From assembly GCA_031267635.1 (NCBI GenBank), contig JAIRYX010000448.1:10-64009 (forward strand): a DNA stretch of 64,000 nt, written 5' to 3'. Position numbers and translations under genes: made by a program. This document shows, in pieces, positions 51,186-62,700 of the stretch. How positions within the stretch are numbered: position 1 is the first letter of the stretch; each line of letters starts with the position of its first letter. A model generated the notes under the pieces. It saw only the letters and a list, made by a program, of their open reading frames with translations, was not told where the DNA came from and ran no database searches. Origin of the DNA: Planctomycetaceae bacterium. GTDB lineage: Bacteria; Planctomycetota; Planctomycetia; Pirellulales; Thermoguttaceae.

Positions 51186-51845
51186 TCAGCTACCAAAATA
51201 ATACGACACGTTGTTTTCTGCGAGACGAAGATTGAACTTGTCGGAGGTCATCGCGTCGCTGTTTTTTGCGTATTGCGTTAATGCGGAAAGCGGATTCAAC
51301 GAAGTGAAATTATTGAGTTCGCTCGATTTTTCCGACATATTATTCATTCGCACCACCGACGCTAACATGGAGATCTGTCGAAAATCTTTTGATAATCCCG
51401 GCATGTTCTGGAACAGCGATTCGATTTTTTCTTTGTCGGGGCGCTCGTTTGTCACTTGCACGTTGCCGTTTGCGCCGGTCTGCAAATTGATCGGCGAATC
51501 CGTATTCATACCCGCCCCGCCGAGTATGCCGAGCATTTTTCCTTGAAACGCGTTCAATTGCAATTGCAACGTTTCCGCCAGCATATCGCCGCGAAGCTTC
51601 ATTCCTTCGAGATCAATGTCCGCGTTTTCGTTGTCCGTCGCGTCTTGCGGCTGCGCCGCGAAAAAATCGAAAAGTTGCTTTGCCGACGGAGAAAGTAACA
51701 ACGTATCCGCCGATGCGGGAGACGCTTTCGACTTTTTCGCCGACTCTAACGCCGCCGCTTGAATCGGCGTATTGTCGCTTTTTTTCAACGGCGACAACTC
51801 GCGGATAACGCTCAAATAACTTGCAGGATCAATTCCGTTCAACAT
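51186..51845 (-). CDS. Hypothetical protein upstream of fliF
   Basis: 219-aa ORF. It is Ser/Ala/Asn-rich with no TM segment, and is co-directional with fliF across a 41-nt gap. No family recognised. Confidence 0.55.
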   Translation of the reverse strand: MLNGIDPASYLSVIRELSPLKKSDNTPIQAAALESAKKSKASPASADTLLLSPSAKQLFDFFAAQPQDATDNENADIDLEGMKLRGDMLAETLQLQLNAFQGKMLGILGGAGMNTDSPINLQTGANGNVQVTNERPDKEKIESLFQNMPGLSKDFRQISMLASVVRMNNMSEKSSELNNFTSLNPLSALTQYAKNSDAMTSDKFNLRLAENNVSYYFGS

Positions 51846-51934
51846 TGATATTTACTCCTCTCCTCTCGTAAAACGAGAAACAGGCGACCGAAGGCAGAAG
51901 AATTTAACGCTGCCTCCAGCTTCCCGCCTCATAC

Positions 51935-52570
51935 CTAATTTTGCGTGTAGGGCGCTGTAAAACGATACGCTGTCCAAAGTTGCAAATTGCCGTGTTGAAC
52001 TCTTCCGTTATTGAAATCGTTTGTCCAAGGAATAGAATAAACCATAACATAACCGGTAGTTTGTTCGTGAATATAAACGACGCCTTGCGGTACGTCCCAC
52101 TCGCTTCCGGCGCGATGTGGAATATTCACTTCACCCGTAACCATCGTATAACGAGGACGTTGCGGAAACGGTATTTTATCGCCCGCAGTCGCCATAACAC
52201 TTGCCAATCCTTGATTCAGATTCGTCTGGAACAATCCTTGGAAGCCCGGACCTTCACGAAGAAGAACGCCTGCCGTCAACGCTCCGGTGTTTTGGTCGAG
52301 TGCGTAAACAGCTTCGTGAGAAATGTAACTTAAGTGCATTGAACTCACGGTACTTCCCGGCACCGAGGTGGATGTAATTCGTGTAAACACCGAACCGGTC
52401 GCCATAACTACGCCGTCGGAACGGTCGCTCGAACTCGCCTGAACCGGTTCGCTCGGCTGTGAATAAAAATACGCGCCGATTCCTGAACTCGCCAACGCAA
52501 CAAGCGTCATCCACGCGGTAAAAATGACATACTCTTTTTTCATCTTTGATTTTGCTCCATGTAATTTCAA
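51935..52570 (-). CDS. Hypothetical membrane-anchored protein
   Basis: 211-aa ORF with one N-terminal TM (VIFTAWMTLVALASSGIGAYFY). No family recognised. Confidence 0.55.
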   Translation of the reverse strand: MKLHGAKSKMKKEYVIFTAWMTLVALASSGIGAYFYSQPSEPVQASSSDRSDGVVMATGSVFTRITSTSVPGSTVSSMHLSYISHEAVYALDQNTGALTAGVLLREGPGFQGLFQTNLNQGLASVMATAGDKIPFPQRPRYTMVTGEVNIPHRAGSEWDVPQGVVYIHEQTTGYVMVYSIPWTNDFNNGRVQHGNLQLWTAYRFTAPYTQN

Positions 52571-53046
52571 GGAGAGGAACTTTTTGTAATGTTTCCGTTA
52601 TTTGTGTTTGCATGATTTTCCGCCGTTTGTCGACACGTTCCGGCTTCATTGCACCAAATTTGAGGAATCGTAACAAAAATTTTTATAAAAAAACAGAGGA
52701 ATTTTTGAAATTTATTGCCAATAAAATCAGCAAATTTGAGCAAACTAACTTGTTTTTGTATTCTGTTTATTTTGTTATATTTTTTACGGTTAGAAATTGC
52801 ACTTTTGTTTCGCCCGTAAACTCCCAGCGCTTTCAAGGTGTATTTAAGTTGTTTATAAACGGTAGTTATGATGTTTTTGTAATTTTAATATTTCTTTACA
52901 ACGGACTCGTTTTCTATTTTTAAATTACGTCTGTTTAAGGTATGATCGGCTATATGATTGAGTAAACATGGTGGCTTTAGAAAGTTTGTGAATTATTGTG
53001 TTAAAATAGGCGGATGTTTTATGCCAAATGACACCTTGAAAACGCT

Positions 53047-53108
53047 GCCCTTATGCCCTTATATGTCAACGGTCACGTGTGTTGAAAATGAGGTTTTTAG
53101 AAGTTCCC
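53047..53108. repeat. Family-R1 fragment (inverted half of module D)
   Basis: GCCCTTATGCCCTTATATGTCAACGGTCACGTGTGTTGAAAATGAGGTTTTTAGAAGTTCCC. It truncates the adjacent transposase remnant. Confidence 0.7.
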
Positions 53109-53582
53109 TTTTGTTCGATACGGCTTTGACGTTTGAGCAACCAGTCCATCGCCGCATAAAGCAAATCGGCGTCTTCTTTCTTCGTATCAATATTCAACTC
53201 TTCCGCAAGCGTCGTATTATTCCATTCGCGAGTCGTGCCAAGTTTGGAACGCGGAACAATGATTCGTTGAACGATCATAGCAAGAACAAGATCGCGTTGA
53301 CGACAGAGTTCACGTGAAATCATTTGTTCGAGACCGAGCTGGAGTATCGCGCGGAGTATCGCGTCAACATGACCGTGAGGACGCGAGCGAATAATTTCAA
53401 GCGCCGATTGAGCGGGAACGAGATCAACCCCTGATAATTTGTGAAATTCGAGCGATTTTTTCAATACCGAGCGACGTAATATTTCCGACTGTACGTGTTT
53501 TCACCTTGCTATCCTCACGATAAGTTTCGCGGAGAAGGTAAGTCGGATTGTAACCGTGATTAGGGATTTTGGCTACATACAT
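53066..53582 (-). pseudogene. N-terminal remnant of an IS1634-like (IS4 superfamily) transposase, frameshifted
   Basis: From the ATG at 53582 the frame reads MYVAKIPNHGYNPTYLLRETYREDSKVKTRTVGNITSLG. After a frame change it continues HGHVDAILRAILQLGLEQMISRELCRQRDLVLAMIVQRII...LYAAMDWLLKRQ. It ends inside an R1 repeat. Confidence 0.65.
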
Positions 53583-54036
53583 GCCAATAATATAACACTT
53601 ATCATTCGTCTATCAATGATGTCAAAAGACGCTATATATGCCTATGGTTTTTGCTCAAAATTAGACGCTAATGATTGCTATTTATAGACTTCCGTCAAAA
53701 AATCGACCGAATTTTTAAGGAACTTCAGATTAATTTCTAATGACTAACGTGACATTGGCGCTAACACTCGCGAGCGATTCACCACTCTTTATGAGCGATT
53801 CTCGCCCTTCGCGAGCGGTGAGTTTCCCTTCGGAAAAGTCTCGCGCAGGGATGCGTAAACTTCCGGTAGAGTTGCCGAAAGTTTGGGGAACAAGGGACAA
53901 AAGGGACTTTAGGGACGCAAGGAACTGTAAAGACTCGCTTTGAGATTTCTTGAGTCATTTTTTGACCGATTACTCACCCTGCCTCGGAAGTTTCTCATTT
54001 CCCAATTGTCCCTTGGAAACGCGAGGGACAAGATTT

Positions 54037-55749
54037 TCACACCTCGTAAGCTTCTCTTGCAATCGGCATTCGTCGTCCCATGCCGAAGGCGCGCGGAGAT
54101 ATTTTGAGTACCGGCGGCGCTTGGCGGCGTTTAAATTCCGCAAATGCGACGCCGCGCATGATGCGTACTACAAGTTCGCGATCCCAGCCGCGTTTGACGA
54201 TTTCGTCTGCGGAAAGATTTTCGAAAAGATACAATTTTAATATCTCGTCCAGCTCCTCATAAGGCGGCAAATTGTCCTGATCCTTCTGATTGGGACGCAG
54301 TTCCGCCGAGGGCGGTTTCGTTAAGATCGCTTCGGGAATAACCGGCGGTATAACGTTTTTCCCTTGAGACTTTTCGTTAATCCGCCGACATAACGCAAAA
54401 ATTTCTGTCTTGAGCAAATCGCCGATAGGAGCTAACGCGCCGTTCATGTCGCCATACAACGTGCAATAGCCCATCGCAAGTTCGCTCTTGTTGCCTGTTG
54501 TTAAAAGCATCGAACGAAATTTGTTGGAATACGCCATTAGCAACGTTCCGCGAATCCGCGCCTGCAAATTTTCTTCGGCAATGTCAAACGGTCGGTTTTC
54601 AAAAACGTCGGCAAGCGTTGAAAGAAAACTCGTATAAACCGACTCGATGGGAAGCGTTTCGTAACGGCATCCGAGATTCGCCGCCAGTTCCGCCGCGTCG
54701 TCTTTAGAACCTTGCGACGAAAAACGCGACGGCATACTGAAACAAACAACATTGTCTTTGCCGACCGCTTTCACGCCGAGATACGCGACTAATGCCGAAT
54801 CAATGCCGCCCGAAAGTCCCAAGTGACACCGCGTAAAACCGCATTTGTTCATATACTCTCGAATACCAAGTGCCAAAGCGTCTTCGATCATGTCGAGTTC
54901 ATTGTTGAGTGTATTGTTGGGCGGAAGAACGGAGACGGGCGGCGGAAGTTTTTTTGCCGAATCCCAAATCACGAGGTCTTCTTCAAACGGTTTTGCGCTG
55001 CATTGCAACGAAACAACGCGAGAGTTTGTCGTTTGTGACGTTACGCGTTGCGGCGCGACCACGAAAGAACGTCCGTCAAAAATAATGGAATCGTTTGCGC
55101 CGACCGCGTTGACATAAATCGTCGGCACGTTGCCGCGATGCGCGATGCGCTCGGCAAGATTCCGGCGGATTGCTAACTTCCCCGCGACAAACGGCGATGC
55201 GGACGGAACGCACAAAAGCGTCGCTCCGCGATTCAGCAGTTGACGCACCGGATCACGCAGATACGCCGTGCCGGGCGTGTCGGTTTCCCGCCAAACGTCT
55301 TCGCAAATCGCAATTCCAATCCGCTCGCCTTTCCACTCAAAAACGTTCCATTTGCGAGCTGGTTCAAAATTCCGCGCTTCGTCAAACACATCGTAAGTGG
55401 GAAGGAGCGTTTTGAATTGTTCAAACACAAGTTGACCGTCGAGAAGAATCCCGTATTCATTCACCAGATTTTTTCCGCGCGAGTACGGATTCCTGTTGAC
55501 GAAACCAAGTCCGACGGCAATATTTCGCGGAAGTTCCCGTTGCAAAATATGAACGGTGCGAATATTCATTTCAACGAAACAATCCTGATCGAGCAAATCC
55601 ATCGGCGGATACCCGCAAACCGCCAGTTCAGGAAAAAGAATCAAATTCGCCTGTTCTTTCTCCGCCTGACGGACGAAAGACAATATCTTTTCCCGATTGT
55701 TATTGAATCCGCCGATGACGGAATTGATTTGAGCAAGCGCAATACGCAT
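54037..55749 (-). CDS. nadE: Glutamine-dependent NAD+ synthetase
   Basis: 570 aa with an N-terminal CN-hydrolase domain (MRIALAQIN..., LILFPELAVCGY, GIAICED) and a C-terminal synthetase with the SGGIDS PP-loop. Confidence 0.9.
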   Translation of the reverse strand: MRIALAQINSVIGGFNNNREKILSFVRQAEKEQANLILFPELAVCGYPPMDLLDQDCFVEMNIRTVHILQRELPRNIAVGLGFVNRNPYSRGKNLVNEYGILLDGQLVFEQFKTLLPTYDVFDEARNFEPARKWNVFEWKGERIGIAICEDVWRETDTPGTAYLRDPVRQLLNRGATLLCVPSASPFVAGKLAIRRNLAERIAHRGNVPTIYVNAVGANDSIIFDGRSFVVAPQRVTSQTTNSRVVSLQCSAKPFEEDLVIWDSAKKLPPPVSVLPPNNTLNNELDMIEDALALGIREYMNKCGFTRCHLGLSGGIDSALVAYLGVKAVGKDNVVCFSMPSRFSSQGSKDDAAELAANLGCRYETLPIESVYTSFLSTLADVFENRPFDIAEENLQARIRGTLLMAYSNKFRSMLLTTGNKSELAMGYCTLYGDMNGALAPIGDLLKTEIFALCRRINEKSQGKNVIPPVIPEAILTKPPSAELRPNQKDQDNLPPYEELDEILKLYLFENLSADEIVKRGWDRELVVRIMRGVAFAEFKRRQAPPVLKISPRAFGMGRRMPIAREAYEV

Positions 55750-55800
55750 AATGTTCCTTCTTCACAATTTGGAGAGACAACAACGCCAAAATGAAAAATT

Positions 55801-56387
55801 GCTGCTTATTTCACATTTGGGGGAGAGATTGATGTATGCAATACAGTAACTATTTCGTTGCCCAAGCCAAATAAATTCGCACGGCAACTGGGTAACTACT
55901 ACGAAGTTCCTCAATTCCCCTTGGTATGAAAAATGTCAAATAGACCTTTTCTCTAACTTCACATCAGGTTATTTAGGCAAAACAGGCAAATACAAAATAA
56001 CTGTTTTTTGAATAGTGTTCGGTCTATTGATAGGGTTAGAGAAAAGGTCTAATTTATAGGTATTTTACGTTGAAAAATGCCAAGTGAAATTGCGTGACTT
56101 TGTACTACAGCCAATTTTACCGAAAAACAGCTCCTATTGCAGCCCTTATTTATAAAATTCCCTTAGTAGCCCGAATTGCACCACCAATATGCGCCCTTAC
56201 TCCCTTATGCTTCGTTCCATTCTTGTGATAAAAATTCGTGATCTAAAAAATAAGGTCATAAGGTCGCGTTTGGGGATTTTGTTGGCTACTAAGGGAAACT
56301 TGATAAAATAAGGGCAGCAATGATAAAGCCGTTCGGGTAACGAGGCAGTTGTCCAGGACGCATATGTCTCCAAAAACAAAATAATCA
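55801..56387. mobile_element. Large composite R1 element bounded by A-type TIRs, with nested insertions
   Basis: The left end is CTGCTTATTTCACATTTGGGGGAG. The right end CTCCAAAAACAAAATAATCAG is inverted. The interior carries modules B, E, C and C', plus a 111-bp TA-flanked mini-element (55940-56050) with perfect 17-bp TIRs. Confidence 0.75.
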
Positions 56388-56582
56388 GAGAAATTTGGTG
56401 ATGAACTAATGTTGAAATGCCATACGTATTGTAAAATAAAATTTTTCCGCAGGCAAGATGAAATAATGACGAGAGAGATAATTGGGATTCGTGCCTGCGA
56501 GATGTTCGCGGAACACCGCGCGGCTTTCGGCATAACACGAAAAACCAAAAAGAATATCAGAAAAATCGTTATCGAACAATTT

Positions 56583-57632
56583 CTAATGTGCGCGGGGATG
56601 CGCTTTCTCATAAACTTCACGAAGACTTGCCGTGCTAACATGCGTGTAGATTTGAGTTGTAACGATACTGGAATGACCGAGCAATTCCTGAATACTGCGA
56701 ATGTCCGCCCCATTGTCGAGTAAATGCGTCGCAAAACTATGTCGAAGCGTGTGCGGCGATGTGCGAGAGTCTAATCCCGCGCCTTTGATATGCTTATCGA
56801 GCATCCGCGCAATGTTTCGCACATTGAAACGTTCCGCGTAACGATTGAGAAAAATCGCTTTGTCCAGAGCGTCGCTCACTTTGTTTCTCGCCAACAGTTC
56901 GGGACGTATCGCAAACCAAGTGTCGAGCGATTCCTTTGCAAAAGAGCCAATCGGAGCCAAGCGTTCCTTTTTTCCTTTGCCGAAAACGCGGACAAGTCCT
57001 TCTTCGGCGTCGTAATCCGCGATATTCAACCTAACCAGTTCGCTGACTCGCACGCCCGTTGAATACATTACTTCGAGAATCGCGCGGTCGCGTAACCCCA
57101 TCATATCAGCCAACGGCGTTTGCAAGAGCGATCCTAATTCGGCGGTCGAAAGGAAAAACGGCAACGAACGGTTCACACGCGGATTTCGCAACGGTTTCGC
57201 GGGATTCATTGATACGATTCCTTCGCGCATTCCGAACCGAAAAAACGTGCGGAGCGACGCAAGCCGCCGCGCTATGGTTGCGTAATGATAATCCGCATCG
57301 TGCATCGCCAAGACATAGCCGCGAAGGTCAAGCGTCGTAATTTCGTTGGGCTTGGGAAAACGCTTGTTGCACAACTCGTAAACGTATTCAAGCAATCCTT
57401 CTAAATCTTCACGGTAACTTTTGGTTGTAAGATCGGAAGCGTTTTTCTCCACTTGCAGATAACGCAAAAACAATTCTACCGCCGATTCTAAATCCGATTG
57501 CGGCTTATAATTTTCTCTTACCGGTCGATGTTTTTGCGACCCTTTTCGCTGTTCCAACGTTCTCGCGGCAATCGGTGCTTTTTCTTTTTTCGCTTTCTTA
57601 ATTTTTCTTACTTTTTTGATGATTTTTGCCAT
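56583..57632 (-). CDS. Tyrosine recombinase XerC/XerD-like
   Basis: 349 aa with a Lys-rich N-terminal extension, a SAM-like N-domain (LRYLQVEKNASDLTTKSY), and the catalytic residues in ARMLDKH...HTLRHSFATHLL...LGHSSIVTTQIYTHV. Confidence 0.85.
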   Translation of the reverse strand: MAKIIKKVRKIKKAKKEKAPIAARTLEQRKGSQKHRPVRENYKPQSDLESAVELFLRYLQVEKNASDLTTKSYREDLEGLLEYVYELCNKRFPKPNEITTLDLRGYVLAMHDADYHYATIARRLASLRTFFRFGMREGIVSMNPAKPLRNPRVNRSLPFFLSTAELGSLLQTPLADMMGLRDRAILEVMYSTGVRVSELVRLNIADYDAEEGLVRVFGKGKKERLAPIGSFAKESLDTWFAIRPELLARNKVSDALDKAIFLNRYAERFNVRNIARMLDKHIKGAGLDSRTSPHTLRHSFATHLLDNGADIRSIQELLGHSSIVTTQIYTHVSTASLREVYEKAHPRAH

Positions 57633-57651
57633 ATTACATCCGTGTCATGGA

Positions 57652-58449
57652 TTATTTAGAATTTTCACTTTCAATCACTTCCTGTGCGAGCTTTCGGTAA
57701 TCTTCCGCACCTTTGGACGAATTATCATAACCGAAAATCGGTTTGCCGAAACTCGGCGATTCGGCAAGACGAATGTTTTTCCTGATCTTAGTACTGAATA
57801 TTTTTGCATTGGACCAAGGCATTTCTCGCGATTGAGACATGTTAAAAAAAGTATTGACGTCCGCTTCGATTTCACTTGAAAGCCGCGCTTGAGCTTCAAA
57901 CATACAGAAAACGATGCCGCTCAAACGCAATTTATTGTTGAGACGTTTTTGCACCAACTCGATAGTACGCAATAATTTCGTGAGTCCGTGAAGAGCGAGA
58001 AACTGCGGTTGAAGCGGAAGAAAAACCTCGTCAACGGCAGTCAGCGCGTTCAGCGTCAGCACGCCTAACGACGGCGGACAATCCATAATCGTATAATCAA
58101 ACTGCATATCATCTTGCGTCAATTTGTCTCGCAAAATCATATCGCGTCCGACCACGCCGAGAAGTTCCGGCTCTGCCGCCGCCAAATCAATATGTGCAGG
58201 AATCAGCCAGAGATTGTCGGCGACTTGCTGACGCACATCTTTCAGCGGCAAATCGTTGACGAGAACTTCATAAACCGACTGAAATTCCACTTGCGGCTCA
58301 ATTCCTAAATGAAGCGTGGCATGAGCTTGCGGATCAAGGTCAATCAAACAGACCGACGCTCCGGTTTCGGCAAGTGCCGCACTGAGATTGACCGCCGTTG
58401 TTGTTTTACCGACTCCGCCTTTTTGATTCATAATCGCAATAGAACGCAT
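57652..58449 (-). CDS. parA: ParA/Soj-family partition ATPase
   Basis: 265 aa with the deviant Walker A, NQKGGVGKTTTAVNL, and IDLDPQ. Confidence 0.9.
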   Translation of the reverse strand: MRSIAIMNQKGGVGKTTTAVNLSAALAETGASVCLIDLDPQAHATLHLGIEPQVEFQSVYEVLVNDLPLKDVRQQVADNLWLIPAHIDLAAAEPELLGVVGRDMILRDKLTQDDMQFDYTIMDCPPSLGVLTLNALTAVDEVFLPLQPQFLALHGLTKLLRTIELVQKRLNNKLRLSGIVFCMFEAQARLSSEIEADVNTFFNMSQSREMPWSNAKIFSTKIRKNIRLAESPSFGKPIFGYDNSSKGAEDYRKLAQEVIESENSK

Positions 58450-58695
58450 TTTTATCTTTTCTGATGCAAAAAATTTTATTTAGGATAAAACGAAAACAAC
58501 TTTATAAGAATTATAACAAAAAAGCGTCCAATGTAGAGAGGTCGGCACAAAGTTTGGAAAATTTCATTTTGAGGATTGGGAATGACTCAAAACGTCTTGT
58601 AAAAATTTATCAACAAGATTAAGATGATGCTTTAGGGAAATCATTCAAATGATACGTTTAATACGAACTACGCCAACTTTTTCTCTTACAATTTT

Positions 58696-59562
58696 ATGTC
58701 TTACTGGCAGCTTCGCACTCAAAAATTGGATTTGAATCATAAACCGCTTTTGATGGGAATTATCAATGTCACGCCGGATAGTTTCAGCGATGGCGGGCAA
58801 TTTTATCGTCATGGAACATTGGAGATTTCGGCGGCGGTCGACTATGCGTTGCGGCTTGTTGATGAAGGAGCAGCGATTCTCGATATTGGTGCGGAAAGTA
58901 CGCAGCCCGGTTCGCAACGAATTAGCACAACGGAAGAAATTCTGCGGATGATTCCTGTTGTAGCGGCGATTCATGAAAAAACAAATGTACCGATTTCTGT
59001 TGATACTTACCGCGCGGCAACAGCACGAGAGGCAATCGCCGCCGGAGCGGAAATCGTGAATGACATTTCTGCCGCAACGGATGATACGGAAATGTTATCG
59101 GTTTTATGTGAAACACAAGCCGGAGTCTGTCTTATGCACAAACAAGGCACGCCGCAAACGATGCAAGAATCGCCGCATTACAATGACGTTGTCGCGGAAG
59201 TCGCGGCGTATCTTGATGAACGAAAAAAAACGTTAATTTGCGCAGGCATTGCAAAAGAAAAAATCACACTTGATCCCGGTATCGGTTTCGGCAAAAGTCC
59301 AGAACATAATCTTCGATTGTTGCGTGAAATCAATGTATTGCACGCATTAGAGTTACCGCTTTTGTACGGTATTTCACGAAAACGTTTTGTTGACGCTCTG
59401 ACAAAGACAAATCATGCGCAACATCCGAAAAACCGTTTACCGGGAACGATTGCCGCAACGATTTATCTCGCATTACACGGCGTTTCGATTTTTCGTGTTC
59501 ACGATGTTGCCGCAACACGTCAGGCATTGGCAATCGCACAAACGTTATGGAGTGAAAAATGA
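58696..59562 (+). CDS. folP: Dihydropteroate synthase
   Basis: 288 aa with LMGIINVTPDSFSDGG, ILDIGAESTQPG, VNDIS and DPGIGFGK. Confidence 0.9.
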   Translation: MSYWQLRTQKLDLNHKPLLMGIINVTPDSFSDGGQFYRHGTLEISAAVDYALRLVDEGAAILDIGAESTQPGSQRISTTEEILRMIPVVAAIHEKTNVPISVDTYRAATAREAIAAGAEIVNDISAATDDTEMLSVLCETQAGVCLMHKQGTPQTMQESPHYNDVVAEVAAYLDERKKTLICAGIAKEKITLDPGIGFGKSPEHNLRLLREINVLHALELPLLYGISRKRFVDALTKTNHAQHPKNRLPGTIAATIYLALHGVSIFRVHDVAATRQALAIAQTLWSEK

Positions 59563-59605
59563 CTACTACAAATACAAATTGAAAACAGCCCTATTCGATA
59601 GACTT

Positions 59606-59726
59606 TTCACATTCGAAACTTTGATTTTTAAGGCAGATATCCTCGTTCATACTGTCCCAAAATCCTTCTTGTCCTTAATGTCCCTCATTCAAACGAAAAT
59701 CGGATATGAAAGCGTGAGAAATACAT
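59606..59726. repeat. Family-R2 element (inverted orientation)
   Basis: CGAAACTTTGATTTTTAAGGCAGATATCCTCGTTCATACTGTCCCAAAATCCTTCTTGTCCTTAATGTCCCTCATTCAAACGAAAATCGGATATGAAAGCGTGAGAAATACAT. Confidence 0.7.
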
Positions 59727-59727
59727 T

Positions 59728-62700
59728 TTAGCGATTACCGTTAATAGCTTTAGCGGAGGACTGTTCCCAATGTTTTTTCAAATTTTCAATATCGCCGGTG
59801 GTGACGAGTGCGCCTTGCAATCGGCAAGGTGACACCGCACCGCCAATCAACATATCGCCGTGTCCCGCAAGACATTCCGCACCAGATTCGTCCAAGATGA
59901 CTTGACTGTTTTTGTTACTTGTCACTTTGAGTGCGATTTTTAATTGCAGATTTGCTTTTACAAGTCCTGTCACAACTTTTGCATCGGGACGTTGCGTTGC
60001 AAGGATAAGGTGAAAACCTGCCGCGCGTCCTTTCGCGCCGATTTTTTTAAAACAAAATTCGAGCATTTCCGTCATCAATTTATTCGATAACATATCGGCG
60101 TACTCATCAATAATCACAACGTGCCGACAAAAACGTTCCTCTGCAATACGATTGTATGCAGTAATATCAGAAACGCCGACACTTTCAAATTTTTTATACC
60201 GCGATTCCATTTCTTCCACAAGGTCGTTCAACACTTCCAGCGCACGTTCATCGTCTGTAATGACAGAGTTGTTCAGACAAGGCAGAGCATAAAAATCGGT
60301 AAACGTGACCCGTTTCGGATCAATCAGCGTAAAATAAACGCTCTGCGGCGAAGCAATTGTGCCAAGACCAACGACAATTGATTTCAGTAATTCACTCTTT
60401 CCGCTACCGGATGTTCCTCCAATCAAAATGCTGGGTGTACCGGGATTGGCTAAATCAATCCAAAACGGCAAACCGTCAATTTCCGCCCCCAATGGAAACA
60501 CCGCGTCCGAATCGCTGGGGCGATTCTTTTCACCGTCACGTAGCAATTGTCCGAGCGTGAGCGTTTCGCGGTGACGGCGCAAAATATCCACGCTGACAAA
60601 ACCTGTTTGTGCTTGAATCAACGGTTCTTCCTGAAGGTGCATGGCAACTTTCAAATCAGCTGCCTTATTTTGAATTTTCTTAACAGTCACGTTCTGCATT
60701 TGATCAGGAACAATCCGCAAACGAATAAGGCGAGGACCGCACTGATATGATTCCGGCGAATACGGCTGGACTGGTAATTTAAGTTTCTGGAGCGTATTCA
60801 GTAAACTGTCCAAAAGTTCATACGCTTCGTTGTCGGGCGGAGACGAAGTAACCTCGCTCAATACTGGTATTTCTTGCGGAACAATTGGCTTTTCTTCGGG
60901 ATACTCTGAAACACTGCTACCGCCAGAATCCGGAATCACAGGAGACGTTTTTGTTTCTTGATGAAACGGCAACTCAATCAATTCGTAAGGAAAATGACTT
61001 TTGACATACTCCGAGAGTTGTTGTTCTGTGATTGTTTCTTCCGTTCCGGGATGTGTGACGTCGCCTGCGCGAATTTTATCTGTTAAAAACAACAAAGAAA
61101 ACCAGCGAGCTACTGTTTCTTTATCAAGCGAAGCGAGACGTCCTCCATTTTGAAGAAACTTATCTCGATATTCCGCCGCCTTTTTCCAAGTTTCGTGGAA
61201 TAGGCAACGGTTATCCGTGACGTAATAACAACGCGCATCGGGATTCTTTTCCTGAAATGCGAGAGCGTTGCGATAAGCTGCGCTCACGGAATTTCCGCTG
61301 GATGACGTGTTGAAAAAAAATGCATAATGAAGCGGCGGCAATACAGTTGCCGAAAATGAAAATTTTCCGCTTAATTGACCGTATGAACCGCGAAAATAAT
61401 CGTTTTCCGCGTTAAAAACACATCGATTCTCCAGAAAAAAACGCAAAGTTTTTTGTAAACGCTCTGCGTCCGGTTGAGGCAAATCGTTGCGAATAAACGA
61501 CAATTCCCGATTCAATTCTTGATTTAAAACAAGTTCAGGCGGCTGCGGCAAAGAAGTTTGTTCGTCTTTCAAAATCCATTGACTTGCCAAACTAATCACT
61601 TGGCGCGGCGATTCTCCACCAAGCAGTTTAGGACATAAAATTCCACCTAACCATTGCGCGTATTTTTGCCCGTTCTCGGGAAATTTATACAAAATACGTT
61701 TTTCGATTAATTCTTTTGCTTGTTCCGCCGAACAACCGTTAAGCGTGATCGGATGCATCAATAACCGCTCGCGAACGGCTATATCCATGACATGAAAACG
61801 TAAATCCCATGTCGTATTCCGCATGAACGCAATCGGCAACATCGCCGTTGCGTCATTCACCAAAAAGTGAATCATATCCTGAAACGTCAACACTTTATCT
61901 TCTTCACGAAGAGCGTCCAGTTGGTCGAAACAGATTAATAAAGAGTGATGATAACGTTCCAGCAAAAGTCCCAATGCGATGATAATGTCGCGTGATTTAT
62001 CTTCGATATACTGATTCTGATTATCATCATAACTTGGAGATTGAATATCATCAAGACCAAGAATTGCATAATCTTCACGATCTAACGGACGACCATGCAA
62101 CCATTCCATCACAACGCCGCGTTTGTTTTTCTCAGAATACTGAAAAAGAACGCGAAGAAAATTTTTAGAGATGTTCGGCAGATGATTTCTCAAAAAAACA
62201 GACGTTTCGGAAAAAAGTTTGACGCGTGTTTTTTCGTTGATTCTGCAATCAAGAATGGCATAAACATCTTTTTCCAATCGATGAATAAATTTTTCATTGT
62301 GCTGTTTCCATTTTGTGTTTTCCGGTTGGGAAAAGAAGTATTCTAAATATTCTCCCAACATTTTGGCAATTAACAGATCAAGCTGCGTATGTCCATTGTT
62401 ATTGATTTTGTGATCAAGGTTCCGCACGATTTCACTAAGCAGACGTTGCATTGCCGTTTGCGGACTAAAAATCGACCGAACAAAAACTAAAGAGGTGGAA
62501 ATGTTTTCCGTATGCACTGCGTCGAGAATCCGTTTGAGAAGATATGTTTTTCCCATGCCGGAATCCCCAAACACAACTGCCGCAAGCGGTATTTGGGGAT
62601 TTTGTATTTTTTCGTGAAGCAATGTTTTAATATGCTCAAGAGCATCTTTATTCAACGAATCAACGCTGGGATGTTCTTCGCCCCATGGTTCGCCAGCGGC

